DNA of 64,000 nt from Vicugna vicugna (taxonomy: Eukaryota). The notes beneath the pieces are model-generated. The model was not told where the DNA came from and did not search any database. It saw nothing but the letters and a program-made list of their open reading frames with translations. A program made the position numbers and the translations under genes. Shown here in pieces: positions 13,156-27,090 of this stretch; the stretch's first letter is position 1, and each line of letters opens with the position of its first letter. The DNA is taken from positions 8,245,260 through 8,309,259 of the forward strand of contig MU058844.1 in the NCBI GenBank assembly GCA_013265495.1, written 5' to 3'.

Positions 13156-14329
13156 TCCATGATGACATCATGGTTAAAGGAGATAGAACCATCTTTTCTC
13201 TATCAGGCCCAAAGGAAATGACCACATGAGTAATTTAGGTATGAAGAAGGAAAACACATTTGCCCAGTGTTGCACCTGTATTACCCGGTGTTTTCACACA
13301 TTATTTACAGACATTTCCTGAGATTCTAATATCTGCAAATTTGGGAGGTGATTATTAAATCTTTTTGGGTACTTTATTCATTGTCAGTCTCCACTTATGG
13401 ATCTTGTTACTATATTTCATGATTCAGGCTTATTTTAAATATGATCTTTAAAAAGCCACAGCAATGTAGTCAAGATCCATATCCCAGCACTCAGTAATAC
13501 GAGTATTTGTGCTAACATAGCAAAGTGCTGCTTCCTATTTGCAACAACAGGATTAAGCCCTCCAGAATCCAGAAGGGATATGAATGTGCTATTTGCAGGT
13601 GTAAATCCTAGGTGTCTGCTTATTTGGATCCACAACTTCTAACTGGGTCTTAATAAACTTGCCCTGAACTTCCTATTTCCATCTTCCTATGAAAGGTTAA
13701 ATCTCTAAAAACATCAAGTAAAACATGCCAAAAATAATGGTAAATAGATGGTACCCACTGAGCCACATGAAATTGCTGATCTGTGACTATTCTTGACACA
13801 CAAAAGGACACTTTCCTATGATTCACCCTACACTTAAGAATTACACATTTCCTGAACTCAGTCTTAATATTCAGACTGTTGGCCAACTCTTGACCTCCAT
13901 GGTGTTCTAAGAGCTCCAGCACCAGAGTCCAGGGGATCAGGGTTCTAATCCGACGTGGTCACTTAGGAGACTTGTGACCACGAATAAATGTCTCCCTGAG
14001 CCCCCATATCTTCCTTTTCTGAAACCCAAGAATTAAAACTGCCTGGATTTATAGGTTGATTATTGGGATATACTGGTCAAGCTCAGACTTAGCAGATTTA
14101 AAGCATTCCTACATGGCAGGAATATTAGTTTCCCTCCTGCTTTGCTTTGCAACCTCTACAATACTCTGCAACATGAAAGAGTAGAAGGTGCTTTTTTGGT
14201 TTTTAATTGGATTAGATGAAGTTTGAAGTCTAACTCCACAACAACCAGCTTTGGGTCCTTGGGGATGCTGCCTAACAGTGTTCCTTAAACTGTCTCATCT
14301 ATAAAACTGGTAATGAGGGGACAGCCACT

Positions 14330-14560
14330 CTTTAGCTCCTGCTAATTGGTTCCATGCAGGAATAAAGGCTCACTGTTGTCAAATTCTTTTTATTTTATTT
14401 TTTTAATTAAGAAAGCTGTAAATACGAACCAGGCAGTAAAGTGTCCTAATTTTTAAATGTTGGCTACTAACTTTTTTGTTTTGTTCTGTTTTCTCTTGCT
14501 TTTTACTTTTTTGTAACACAATTCTGAATAAATAAAAACTAGGCTGCCAATTCACAACTG
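14330..14560. mobile_element. hAT-Charlie relic (MER103-like)
   Basis: 'agctcctgctaattggttccatgcaggaataaaggctcactgttgtcaaattct...aatttttaaatgttggctactaa' resembles MER103 (recalled). Confidence 0.5.
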
Positions 14561-16460
14561 CAAAAATTTACAGAATGCCTGATATACTGTCAGTGCTAAA
14601 CACCTTACTGAATGAATGCCCCCTGAATAGTTAATAGAAGTCCCCTGACAATTTCAAAGTATTTTGTGTAGTTCATTTCCTGCTTTATTTTCCAATTGTT
14701 TCCACCTTTTCAAAGAACTGATTTTTTTATTTGTTCAAGTTAGGTGACTAAAATACACCTCTTAAAGTACACAATATAAAAATTTCCCTTTATCTATTAC
14801 TCTTACAAGTAAAATCAGCAGATAATAAATTTTACTTGGCAGCAGGTTCACAATGTAGTGAAGAATTTTATCACTGAATTGCTTGAAGGACCTCAACTTC
14901 CAGGCATGCCAGGGTAGAGGTGATAAATTCCTCATGGATACAAACACGCCAGCATTCTAAATCACCTTCTCATCTTCCACCCTGCGATTCGTGATGCTTT
15001 AAATATGAAGATGTTTATTTCTGTTTTGCAAGACCAGGTAAATATTATCTGCTCTATACACATGTTTCCTTCCCTGTCTTTCAGTAAATTTTGTAAACAG
15101 CAAAGCTTGTATCTGAGAAGCAGAAAAGGCTCATGGACATTTCCATAACTAAGTCTTGGTTTTATGTGTCAACTTCATCATTTTCTCTTTAATGAATGAT
15201 ATGGTACTGTTGTGCACAGCCTTAAAACACTCTACTTAGATATGGGGATAAGTCCAGGGACCTGACATATGTCTGTCCGCACATTTAATTGGCACTTGCA
15301 GAAGTAATTTAGCAAATATTCCAAAGCATTCAAATATGAATGCACCAATAACACTTGACAAGTGTCCCCTAATTCTGATAACAGCACCATTATCATTACT
15401 AACTCTACCACCAGCAATTTGTGCTACTCTCTGATGGCACAAACAAGAAGAGATGATTGGAAGTAAAAGCTTGCTCCTTAGAACACAATATTGGTATTTC
15501 ATGTAATAAAATTTAATAAAAACTTGACATCTTGCCCAAAGATATGCCAGATTTGCCAAAGATTTACCAGAAAGGTCTACTGCATTCAAAATTGGATTCA
15601 CTTGACAAAAAAAAAAAAAATTGATTTAAACACCAAGTTTTCCAAACTAGATAAAGTAAAAGAACTGAAACACCTATTATCCCTTTCCTGTTAAATTTTA
15701 TATAATATTGGATAATTTAATTTTCACTATTTCAAAATGACAAAAATAAAACTAAGTGATGAGAATGTGACAGGATTTGGGAGGGTGGAGAAGGGGAGGA
15801 GGAGCTTTTGTTGTCAACATCTGGCTTTTAGAGGTATCAGAGCTAATCCAGTTACAGGGAACCCTTTTCATCGACAGTAATAAAATGTGAACTTTCTACA
15901 CAGGGTTGTGCCCTACTTATGTTCAAGTTCCATGAACCAAGAAACAACTCAAGACCAAGAAACACAGAAGCAATCCTGTAAAGATCCTCCCAGGACTCTG
16001 TGAGGGGTGATTTAGAGTCCCACTGAGTCCCTTTTAATATCTAATTTTTAGAACGCCAATTATGAGAATGTTTTAATTATCTTCTTTTTTAAAAAATTCC
16101 TAGTCCCTAACACAATTCCTGAATATAGAAGGAACGAAGCAAGCAAAGGAGACTCTGAGGGAGGCAGAAGCCAGCTTAGCCATCTCGTACCTTATCCCAA
16201 AGGAGACCAGAAACAAGCAAGTTATAAGAGGCAATAAGAAAATGCTTCACAGATAGTAATCAAGCATCAGCTGAAAGACTGGCATTAAAAAAAGACAAAA
16301 AAAACTTTTTTTTTTTTTTAAGTACAGGTACAGTTTTCAGGGCACCATTTCTGTGTACTCTGACAAGATACCTTTAAGAGTGCTTTTCTATTATGGTCCA
16401 GTGAAAACTACAGCTAAAACAAAATCTTCATAATGATCCCATCTTCAAACACTTTTTTTT

Positions 16461-16722
16461 TTACAACTTTACTAAGTTTTATTTTATATCATAAAATTCA
16501 ACCATTTCAAGTATATCATTCAATGATTTTTTTAGTAAATTTACTGAGTGGTGCAGCCATCACTATAAATCAGTTTTAGAGTATTTTCAGAATCTGAATA
16601 AGATCCCTAATGCTTTCTTGCACTAATCACATTCCCACTCCCAGGAAAACACTCTTCTGCTTTCTCTTTTCTATAGAAGTAATCCTTTTCTGAGCATCTC
16701 ATATAAATGGAATCATACGATA
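16461..16722 (-). mobile_element. Old L1 3' UTR fragment
   Basis: 'cataaaattcaaccatttcaagtatatcattcaatgattttttt...tgcagccatcactata...catataaatggaatcatacgata'. Confidence 0.8.
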
Positions 16723-16929
16723 TTCTACCACTCTCTAGAAGAGCATATGATATTTAGGTCATTTAACTTGGCTCTGCCCCATTTTCCTCACAATAATCAC
16801 ACCTACACCTCATAGAGCTATTATAAAGAAGAAATGAGATAATCCATGTAAAATGCTTAGAAACCCTAGCTGACACATGCCAAGCACAATACGGTCTGCT
16901 TGTAACTCTACCACAGCTTCCATGTCAGC

Positions 16930-17560
16930 AGAGCCTCAGTTTCAACATGTCCCAATATGAACTCTACATCTCTACCTTCAAAGCTGCTTCCCTCCTAAGT
17001 CCCTTCATAAAGAACACTCTAAGCATCCAGACAGTTATCAGAAAGTTCCAGAAATTTTAAACCCTTTCTTACTCATTCTCACATCCAGTCAGCAAGTTCT
17101 AGAGTCCTCTTTACTCCCCTGAATTTGCCTCTTTCTCTTCATTCCCTCAGCTTTAATTACAGCTACAATGTTTTTTTTTCCCCCTGATTTAGTGCAAAAT
17201 CTTCCTACCTGTTCTCTCTGCCTTCAACTGGGTTTTCCTCCTATCTATCTTACTTCTGTCAGAGGAGTCTCTCTTAATATACAAGCCCTTTCTCCTTCAA
17301 GGGCTCCCCTAGCCTTCAGTTTAGCTCTTCAGCTTGTCACCCGTCACAAACTGGTTTCTACCTGCTTGTGTATTTCCACCTCTGGCCAGTCTCCCTAACA
17401 CACCCTTGCTATTGGTCATCCTGCACAATGTGCCGTTTTCTCAACGTATGAACCAGCCTTAGGGCCTTTGGCAAACTAGATGACTCACAGCACTTGGGAG
17501 ACTGCCATCCGTCTTTTCCAAATCTCAGCTCCAGTACCACTTTGTCTATCAGATTCCCTG
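16930..17560 (+). mobile_element. L2 LINE relic
   Basis: 'tcaacatgtcccaatatgaactc', 'cacatccagtcagcaagttct' and pyrimidine-rich L2-type sequence. Confidence 0.5.
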
Positions 17561-17696
17561 GCATGAATCATCATGATTTGGAGGTGCCTTTTCTGTCCAG
17601 AGTAGAATGAGGTAATATATAAAAAGAAGCTCTCACGGTACCATCAACCCAATAAAGTGGTTCTTCTTAAGCTCAAGTTCAGCATCACTTGACCTC

Positions 17697-17897
17697 AGGG
17701 AAGGAGGGGGGTGAGGAAAGTATGGAGGAGAGAGGGAGGTGTGTGGGACAGGGAGAAGCAGAGAGGAAATGGGGAGAGGAGAAGAGAGGGCAAATGAAAG
17801 GACAGGAAGGAAAAGAGGAAAAATGGAAGTTGGTAAAAGAAAAGGACACTCCCTGAGGACAAAGGATGACGGAGTAAAGAGGAAGAAGGGGTAGGAC
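17697..17897 (+). repeat. GA-rich polypurine low-complexity tract
   Basis: About 200 nt composed mostly of A and G. Confidence 0.8.
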
Positions 17898-18787
17898 ACA
17901 TATCCCTGAAGGCAGGCTTTTCTTTTGGGCATGAGCCTTTAATAACAATGTGAACCCCTTCTGTTCCTCCTACCTGTGATGATAATCATACAATTTTTCT
18001 TTCCACTTTTCCAATCCTGAAACACTCCCACTCACAGTGATTCTAGCTCTAAAGTGGAGGGGAAATTTACACACTTTCATCTGCTGGAGACAACATTTCA
18101 TTTCCTTTCTAAAGCATTCTCCACATTTACTGTCAATCAACCAAAAGTTACTTTTCAGGTTCTCCATCTGTTTTCATTTTTTTCTTCTCTTTCATCAGAA
18201 TCCATGGAAAACTAGACTTATTTCAATACACCATAAATATCGAGGATATTTGGGTGAAAGAATCAAAGTTAAAAGAGGTATTAGAGATTATCCAAATCAG
18301 TGGTTTCCAGTATTTTTTACCCAAACCCCTTTAGGAATACCCACCCACACACAATCCAAGGCCTGGATTTCAAATAGTTTCTATGCCTAACTTTGTATTT
18401 TTCACAATGTATTTCCCAATTTTATTAATCAAAAGTCAAGGCTAATGATCAGATTTTCTGACCAATATAAGCTACTCAGTGCTAAGGCTCCTGAATTTTT
18501 ATAATTATTGATCAAAACCCAAACAGAACAAAATCTCAACATTTTGTTAGCCTATATGATCCAGTATTGGATAACTATAGCTTTGGGGTTTTAATGGAAG
18601 TCAATGGTGAATTCTGATTATGAATTTCCACGTCCCTTCCCATGCTTTGAGCTACTGACCGCAGCCAAACTCCTCAAGATTAGAGAGGTCAAAGCCCAAG
18701 AAATCTTCGAGCTCTCTGTACACGTGATGATCCTTACATTCTGCAATATTTCTTCACAGCACCTTCAGAAATGTTTTCTTGTCCTAC

Positions 18788-19260
18788 CAGGGGTTCTTAT
18801 CTTGGAATGCACAGAGAAAATTTAAAGAGTCCATGAACTTGGATGGGAAAAAAAAGAGCACCTTAGTTGTCACCACTCCTACAGAAATTTAGCATTGCTT
18901 TTAATTATGAATAAAAGCAACAAACCACAACAGTGACTTCCTCACCAGCAGGAATCACAGATGCTTTTCTATCACAGTAAGTTGTTGCAAATTTCTCAAA
19001 AAATCATTTACACTCATCACTACTTCCATATTATGACAGTTAATGGGTCTCCCACTTGGTTTTTTTTATTAAATAGATTAATAAAGAAGGATATATTTAA
19101 CTACACAATAACTTGGTGTTTTCGTATTTTGATAAATATATTTCAATTTCTTTGGCTTCTAGATGTTTTGTTTTATGTAGTTAATACAGTTTTTCAGGAA
19201 GAAGTCCATAGGATTCACTGATGGGCAAAGGGATCCATGATACACACACACACACAAACT
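18788..19260 (+). mobile_element. hAT-Charlie DNA transposon relic (MER113-like)
   Basis: Starts CAGGGGTTCTTA; 'ccatgaacttggatgggaaaaaaa', 'gaaatttagcattg', 'caacaaaccaca', 'tcatcactacttc', ends 'gggatccatgatacaca'. Confidence 0.75.
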
Positions 19261-22200
19261 GCTTGGAAAGCAAAATTCACTGAAATTCATCTCTGTGCAC
19301 CCTGCAATACTAAGATGGGGTAATACAAAGCAAATACTTCGGTGAGTAAATTGTGCAATCTCACACAGTTAGTGGGAAAAAAAGAAGATTCAATTTCAGA
19401 TCTCCTGAACCCTCGTGTATTCCAGTGCTTTCAGAGAGGGGGTTCAGGAGCCTGACCTCCAGACACAGACGTGTGTGGGTTCAAATCTGATAAATCATTT
19501 ACGGGCCAATGACTTTAGGTAAGTTACTTAACTTCACAGAGCCTGTTTTCATGTTCGTAACTGCTTTATTGGGTTGACAGGATTAATTAAATAAAATATG
19601 TAGAGAACTTATCATGACATTTTACACATAATTTAATAATTAAAGAGATACAATCATCTACTTCATGTCTAAATATCTTTATGGAGTTTTCCCTTATACT
19701 CTTTATGTTCCGCACAGCTGTATCATTCTCTAAAACTTCACTGCTGTCAGTGTGATGCCACGCTCCATGTAACTCTCAAAATCAGAGCCTACTTTCTTCT
19801 CAAAAGAACTCGTGGCCCCAGAAGATCTGAAGGCTGTCAGAGCCAGAGCACCATCTCCCTGATCCTTGTTTCCATCTTCACACGACTCCCTTAGAAACAT
19901 CTCTAGGACCCCACACATCTTTGGACTCCACAACACTAAGCCACACCACCTCCTCCTGCCCCCATGATCTGTAAGGCCAAGGATCATCATCACGGCCAGC
20001 TTGCTTTTTTTCATCTACCATTATCCACGCTGAGGACACACACAAAACTTCAGTCACAGATTTGAGGTTTCTATCATTCTAATGACTTCACATTTTCTCC
20101 ATGAATCCATATGATTCACCATTGTGCTGCCATTCCACTAACATAGTGCCTGACAGATGTGATGGAAAATTAAAGGGTACAACTCTGAATTGGATTTCAT
20201 GTTCCTAACAACTCTATGAGATCAGAGGTTACTGTCCTTTTCACAGATGATCAGCCCAGGTTGAGACAAGTCACTGACCTGCCCAGTGCAATACTGCCAG
20301 AAAGTCAAAAATTGAAGAATAAATTCAAGAACTCCCATGAGTCAATGATCCATCACGCTTGATTTTTATTCTCTTTATTAACAAGAAATATTAAGCCTAT
20401 TTTCTCAATTTCTTATTCCCTTAGAGAATTTACAATTTCTAAATACTTATTTTTAATGTATTATTCATGTATTATGTTCCTAATGATCACGATTCATTCA
20501 AATCTTGATTTAAGTACCAAAAAGGTGAGCTGGAAATGACTTGAGATGGAAATACGGGGCTGCCTAGAAAAGACAGAAGCATCACTGCAAGGACCCAAGA
20601 CAAAGACACGCACTATGACAGTCAGATCGAAAGAAGAGGAACTAAGAGAGAGACTGTGATGTACTTTGAACTTCGCAGGGGAAAACAGGGCATCCAGGTT
20701 GGAAGGCACGTTCTCCTTGACGATGGCTCAAAATGATCAATGTGATCAGAGCAGAGCCAAGAAGATGTCTAGCTTCAGATGTGAGCCCCTGCCAGAGGAG
20801 AACTGTGTCTCCACTGATCACACAGCGCCAAGCAAAACCTTTAAATCTGCAGTGTGAGCTGGGAGGGTAACTTCAATATAAACACTGATTCTATGGACAT
20901 GATTTCAACAGCACAGATTTTCCTATCACTCCCATAAAGTCTTTCACTGATAGCAAAATACCTCCAAGCTGTACATAATGTAAGTGCTGCCTGGACACGT
21001 TCACATATCACCATATTTTTGGCTCAGAGCAACATCAGCAATTCACTACTTGAAAAGTGAAAAAAACTACAGAATTACAACAGGCCTAGCACCGCTGCCA
21101 ACAAATTTACTGCCTCTGTGTTATTTGTAAATTGACTGTTTCTTCTTTGGCTTATGGCAAGTAGAGAATTGCACATACGTGCGTATATATTATATATCAA
21201 CTCATCAAGTTTAACATTAGAATTGAACACTCCCCACTCTTAGAATATTATGCTACCCTTTAAACAAGTATTACAATGTATGTTCGATTTCATGTGTCTC
21301 TTCTAGCCTAATTTTTTGTCAACTGATTTCACTAGCTCCAGGTCAAAACCCTTCTACTTGTCTTTCACAGAAACCGTTTAATTCTCTGGCTTACGAATTA
21401 AGAATTTTCAATAGGCCCCTTTTGAAAATCAAATTAACAGGGGTTTTTTTTTTTTGGTGTTGTTCTTAAGTAGAACAGGAAGCTGGTCGCTAAAATGTTA
21501 TTCCATTTATTTACTAGGCCTCACAAGTTCATTTCATATGCAGGCATAAGGAGTTATTCTTCAAATTCACTATTGAAAATACTATCAAAGGCAGCATTTT
21601 TCACTCAATAAGGATTAATCTAGCTATCATTTTAAACCTGCAAACCAATCTTTGAGGCACAAATTTTGCAAAGCCAGGTAAGACTGTTTTTGTAAAACTT
21701 ACACTTCTAGCAGCGCAAGTTAACAACACTCCTGAAAAGCGGAATAGGATATAATCCTGCAGTAGGCAGTCCTGGGCCTGACACCAATTTTTCTACCTGA
21801 GGAGTACTGCATCCAAACTGCAACCATGTGACAACTGGAGGCTCTGGAAGAGTGTGCAAGATGACAATCCAGGTCAAAGCAGAAACATCCGGCCTTTTTC
21901 CTTGCCAATAAGAAAAACTCTCCTATCACTGCTGCGCATTAGTGAACACATTTTATCAAGGGTGCCCCCTGGGGCACCCAAAGAACAAAAAAGCATCAAG
22001 GCTGTCAACAACCAAGCAGCGATACAGAGTCACTTTGCAGGTGTCAAAAACCTCAATCGCAGAAAATTAGGACCAGCCGGCCAACCACAGGAGAAAACGG
22101 ATACCAGAAGAATACCAAACAGCTGCTTAGGGCCCAGCTAAAGCCAGTCTAGTACCCAGGGGGAGGTCAAGCAAAACACTCACAGAGCACAGGGAGCCTG

Positions 22201-22788
22201 AAACAATGTAACAAAGCACAGACAGCTGGGCAACAACTGGTGGGAAACCCAGGCTTGCGGAGACAGAGGCGGGGGGGCCAGGTTCACAACACCCTCCTCG
22301 AGCATCCCAGCGGCAGCCACTCTGAGATGCAGCAGCAGGCGTTTCCTGTGTGCCCAACGGGACTGCCGGGCCGCGCGGCAGGGGCTGGCAGCACCTGCAC
22401 ACAAAGAGGTACTGTTGCTGGAAAACCCACTGCTCAGCAACCGCACTCAGGATCCAGGACGAGTTAGGACACTGCCCGTCAACGATCAGACGGGTGTGGT
22501 GTCTACACCATCTAGTCACTTACCCTGGTCCAAACAGGCCACACACTTGCCAAGCTCTACCAAACATCACCGGGGAGGGCTCACTGCAGTGCCGTCTCAG
22601 AGAAAGGGAAGTCAGTACAATTTTACATCTGTCAGTCTGACTCGGAGTTTTAACTCCTAACAATTGTTATCTTCCATGTGTAAGCCCCAGCGAATGTCAG
22701 GGAACCCCCAGGAGTGTCCCGATGTGTTCTCAGGGACCAGTAAGATCATCACTGGAAGAGTTTTAAAAGGATGTGTTTCCATTTAGAG

Positions 22789-23006
22789 CAGGGGGTGGCA
22801 AACTTTTCAGTGAGAGGTCAGATAGCAAAGATTTCAGGCTTTGCGAGCCCTAAGGTCCCTGGTGGAACTACCCAGCTCTGCCATTGTAGAGAGGAAGTAG
22901 CCCCAGACAATACTACACAAATCTGTGTGATTGATCAAAAAACAGGCTACAGGGTGCATCTGGCCCACGAGGATATAGTGCCCACTCGGATATAGTGCCC
23001 ACTCCC
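22789..23006 (+). mobile_element. hAT MITE (MER58A-like)
   Basis: Starts CAGGGGGTGGCAAACTTTTC; 'aactacccagctctgccattgtag', 'tctggcccacgag'. Confidence 0.8.
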
Positions 23007-23199
23007 AATGTAAATGATAATCCAAAAACCAAAATACACACAAACACACACACACACGAATCAATGTTCTACACCTTGTATATGTGATCATCTCATAACT
23101 AAGGCCACATGACTTCTAAGATTGCATTTATGATCAAGCTGGCACCACAGGGTACTACTCAAATGGTCAAGGGTATGACTAGACAGGAAGTGGACATCA

Positions 23200-23630
23200 T
23201 GGGTTCCATGGACATCTGTGGTCTCCCCTTCTTCTCAGAATACCTTCCTCTTCCTTCTAACATAGGCTCTGTTTCCTGTAATGCATATGGCACAGGCTAG
23301 GCAAAGCTACATCCTCTCCACTCTGATGTCAGACCAGAGGTGCAGGCACATGGCCTGACTGAAGTAGCCCATCACTCTCCTGGTCAGCAACTGCGTTTCA
23401 TGGACGAGCTTGTGATCTAAGTCAGGATAACTAAGGTCCCCCCAGAGCTATTCTGGGAGAGCTAGGGAAGAGACCTGAGGTTGTCACTGTCACAATGACC
23501 GAGACGGCCAGACCAAGAGATGGAGAGGGAAACAAAGTCCTAGTGGCTTCATTCGGGCTCTTGGGTTCAAACAAGCAAGAGCCTCTACCTTTCCTGAACT
23601 GGGCTCTGAGCACTTGAAACCAAAAGTATT
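23200..23630 (+). mobile_element. Old MaLR LTR relic (MLT1K/L-like)
   Basis: 'gcttgtgatctaagtcagga', 'agagatggagagggaaacaaagtcctagtggcttcattcgggctctt', 'cacttgaaaccaaaag'. Confidence 0.45.
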
Positions 23631-23789
23631 TATCATCAAAATAAATAATACGCTAGCCAAACAAAAGGGCCAATGACAATGTTTCAGCAGCAATTCAAAG
23701 CAGCAATACAGGCAAGCCTAACTCCAAAGCACCCCTACCACGTCCATGGTGTGACATCTCACTGCTCCTCTTACCCCCAGAGGAAAGCA

Positions 23790-24525
23790 GACACATCCCT
23801 CTGTCTCCCAAACTGATCTACCCGCGTGCTTCCTTTTTTACCCGCTTTCTCAAGACAGAAACCTGGGAAGAGTCTCTCTCCTCCAACTGTCCACATTCAG
23901 CTTGTTATCACATGGGATCAACTTTTCTTCACCTCTCCCCATTCTAATACCCCCAAATTTCTTTTTCACCTCTGTTCCTAACTTATACTAGTCCTCGTCA
24001 CCACCAAACAAATCCCCCAATATAATCCTATAACGGGGACCTTTGTGATTGCTCGACTTTGGATTTCAAGCTACTTCAGACAATTCTCCAAATTTTATCA
24101 CAGAACCCAAGACCTTCAGCGATCCGGTCCCTACCTACCTGGTCAATTCATCTTTTTTTTCCTCTGCTTCCTTCCCTCTGCTCCAGCTTTACGCCCTTTT
24201 CTTTGGACACCATGCCTTTCTCTTCCCACACATTTTTTCCCCCAAATAATCTTCCCTCTCTCTCATCTTTAGTAAGCTACTTATTTCTTCTTCAGGAATC
24301 AGTTCTCACAAGTGCCTCTCTCATCCTTCCCTCCCAGTTTGGGTCAAATGTCCCTCTTAAATATACTCACTCACAATCATGTCTCCCTGTTGGAGAAATT
24401 ATCTGTTGACATGGTCTCCCCCTAGACTCTAAGATCCTTGAGATTATGGACTACATCTTCTTCTGGGTCAGTGCCCCCAATATGAAACATGGTTGCTGAC
24501 ACAGCTCAGCATTTACAAATGCTTG
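23790..24525 (+). mobile_element. L2 LINE relic
   Basis: 'caagacagaaacctgggaag', 'ccacattcagcttgttatcac', 3' end 'ctagactctaagatccttgagattatggact...cagcatttacaaatgcttg'. Confidence 0.6.
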
Positions 24526-25720
24526 CAAAAGGAGTACAGGAATGACATGAGCCAGAGCATTCCACACTGATGCTTTCTTGGGAGATAGGACACTTCTAGA
24601 TAAGAATAACTGAACACTTTTAAATCAAAGGTCAATGTCTATTTGATCAGATTTCCTGAATTTAAAATCAACCACATTCAAATCTTTCTCCCAAACTTTG
24701 AATAGAATTATCCTATTTTTCTACTACAACTGGCAGAAATCAGGCTACTTAAATGGTAAACATACCCTTTCTTTTTCTTTCTTTCCATCACTTCGGTAAC
24801 AACAGTCATTTCTGACCTCTGAGGGAAGCGCTCAGAATATCCAAAACAATTTACAGTGTTATTCCTAAATATCCTTATATCTTTTGGTTGGCATGTGTAT
24901 AAGGACAATTACCTCTGTGTAATTTTTGTTGCTTTCTTAATTTCTACTCATCTCCTTTTTCTAATACCAATGCTGATACAAAATAGAGGTTACCAGCATG
25001 TGATGTGATTTTCTTGCAGAAAAAAAAATCCTTAAAATACAAATAATCTTCTTTAAGTGAATGAAAACCAGTAATATTTCACAAAAGAAACCATTCATTA
25101 GTTTCCATTTACTCAAGACTGTGTGAGAGAATACCATTCCAGTTTTCAATAAAATTACAGCGACAGTGTTACTCTGGCCTATTTCTACCAATTTCAGTCT
25201 ATTCTGGTAATCTCTTTCTGAACACGCAAATAGGTTGCAGACGTACACAAAAGATTTTCTTCAAATGCAGTAGGTAAGCCGCATCCAAAGCATTCACTCT
25301 ATTTTTATATTGTTTCTCAAAGATGCTTAAACAAAAAATATTCAGGCTAACTTCTAGTTTGTGGGGTTTTTTTTTTTTCAGGTTTAGAGAAAAAGTTTAA
25401 AGGAAATGATGTTCTTGTCATATCATGTATTTTACAGGAACTCTCTGAACTTCATTTCCAACCAGTTTTCATAATTAATGATGACACAAAAAGAAATAAA
25501 AATGAACATTCAAACTTAAGATTATTCTTAGTATTAAAAACTATTTTCAGTACCATTTATAGTCTACCTTGAATCTGTAAGGTTTGTGGTGGATGAATAA
25601 ACTGTCCAATTTAATGTTAATTTACTAATCCCTTTGGGCTTTAGTTTGAAAAATAAACTGAACCCCCTCCCCAAAATAATATATTCTCAGATTTCAAATT
25701 CTAAATACACAAGATGAACA

Positions 25721-25864
25721 GGGGGAGGGTATAGCTCAGTGGTAGAATGCCTGTCTAGCATGCATGAGATGCTGGGTTCAATCCCCAGTACCTTCATTAA
25801 AACGATAAATAAAACCTAATTAACACCCCCCTAATCTTAAAAAAAAAAAAAGCAAGAAAAAAAT
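25721..25864 (+). mobile_element. tRNA-derived SINE (camelid Vic-1-like)
   Basis: GGGGGAGGGTATAGCTCAGTGGTAGA (A box), GGTTCAATCC (B box), A-rich tail; GATGAACA repeated at 25713-25720 and 25865-25872. Confidence 0.9.
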
Positions 25865-27090
25865 GATGAACATATGGGTATTTATTATAATAACTGCCCT
25901 TAAAAAAAATACAAACAAGCTGCTATTTTATAACACACATCCAAAACTCAGCATGCAATCAAAATGTATCACAGAATTTTTTTAAACACCAAAGACCTAC
26001 TTCTCACAAATACAGCTGAATTCAGAGGACTTCCATTCTAACACCATGTCTTGATTTCATCGCAAGAAGCTGACAGTCATTTGCTGCCCTGGTTCCAATT
26101 CAGAAAGGTACCAATAGGAGCAACCCATCTTCCATCACAGTGCCTCTGTTCTCCCCCTAGCAAAGAAAGTTCATCCCAATTTCTCCATAACGACCCCTCC
26201 TCTATACCATAGAAGGAAAGCACTGCCTCATAAGCAAGAAGGGGGTAAAGTCCTCTTCAAGTCAATTTCTCTCAATTTCACCAAAGTTCATTTACAGGGC
26301 TGTCATATTCAACCTTCTCCTCCATAGCAGATAACCCCTCCTTCCCATGCAACCCTTCACCCTGCAGAAATCCAGCTGCTAGTCTTTTCTTTAGTCCTAA
26401 AAATCACCTGCTGAGGGCACGTTTAATAAGGTCCTGAATCACTGCTTTCTCATACTAATTTAAATTAATCCCAGAGAGTTGAGAGCCATCCTGCAAAAAC
26501 CATTTGTTGGTTCCCTTTAATAAATTAAAACAGTATGGCTGATTTTTTTTTAACCCGTCAGTAACAGAATCTGGTTTATTAAAACACTTGGTGAATTTTC
26601 ACCTGAATATTCTAAAAATGTTCCAAGGAACAGATGTGCGCTAGAGAAAACCAGGCTGCTATCCAACAAGAACCAAAAGTGTTCTCCTTTTTAGGAGTTT
26701 GCCACTTGCTGTTAGAATTTAGTATCAATAGGAACAGAGTAAACAGTCCAACTGAGAAGAAGGTAACAACCACATAAGAAATAAAATGATGATTATGGCT
26801 GAGGTAAAAATTGCTCCCAAATGGCCAACTTCAAATACATTTCTTAGGCAAATGAATGCAACCGCTGAGAACCCCAGAAAGGAACCTGGGAATCATCAGG
26901 GCCACACCCTGACCCTGAAGAGAAAACTGTGCCATCAACACGGTGAAACTTCAACATACTAAGCTTACTTGCATTTTGAGAAAGTATTTCGTCTTCTGGA
27001 GTTGCAGGGGCAAGGGAAGCAAGAAATGTTAGTATTAAATGTTAAGTAAACGGGTGAAAGACCTGTTTTAATTGAGAGTGAACAATATAC

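Noticed and set aside
17633..17948. Overlapping hydrophobic ORFs
   Set aside because: By-product of the CT-rich low-complexity strand
25721..25795. tRNA gene
   Set aside because: A and B boxes are present, but the A-rich tail, flanking duplication and a second copy show it is a SINE
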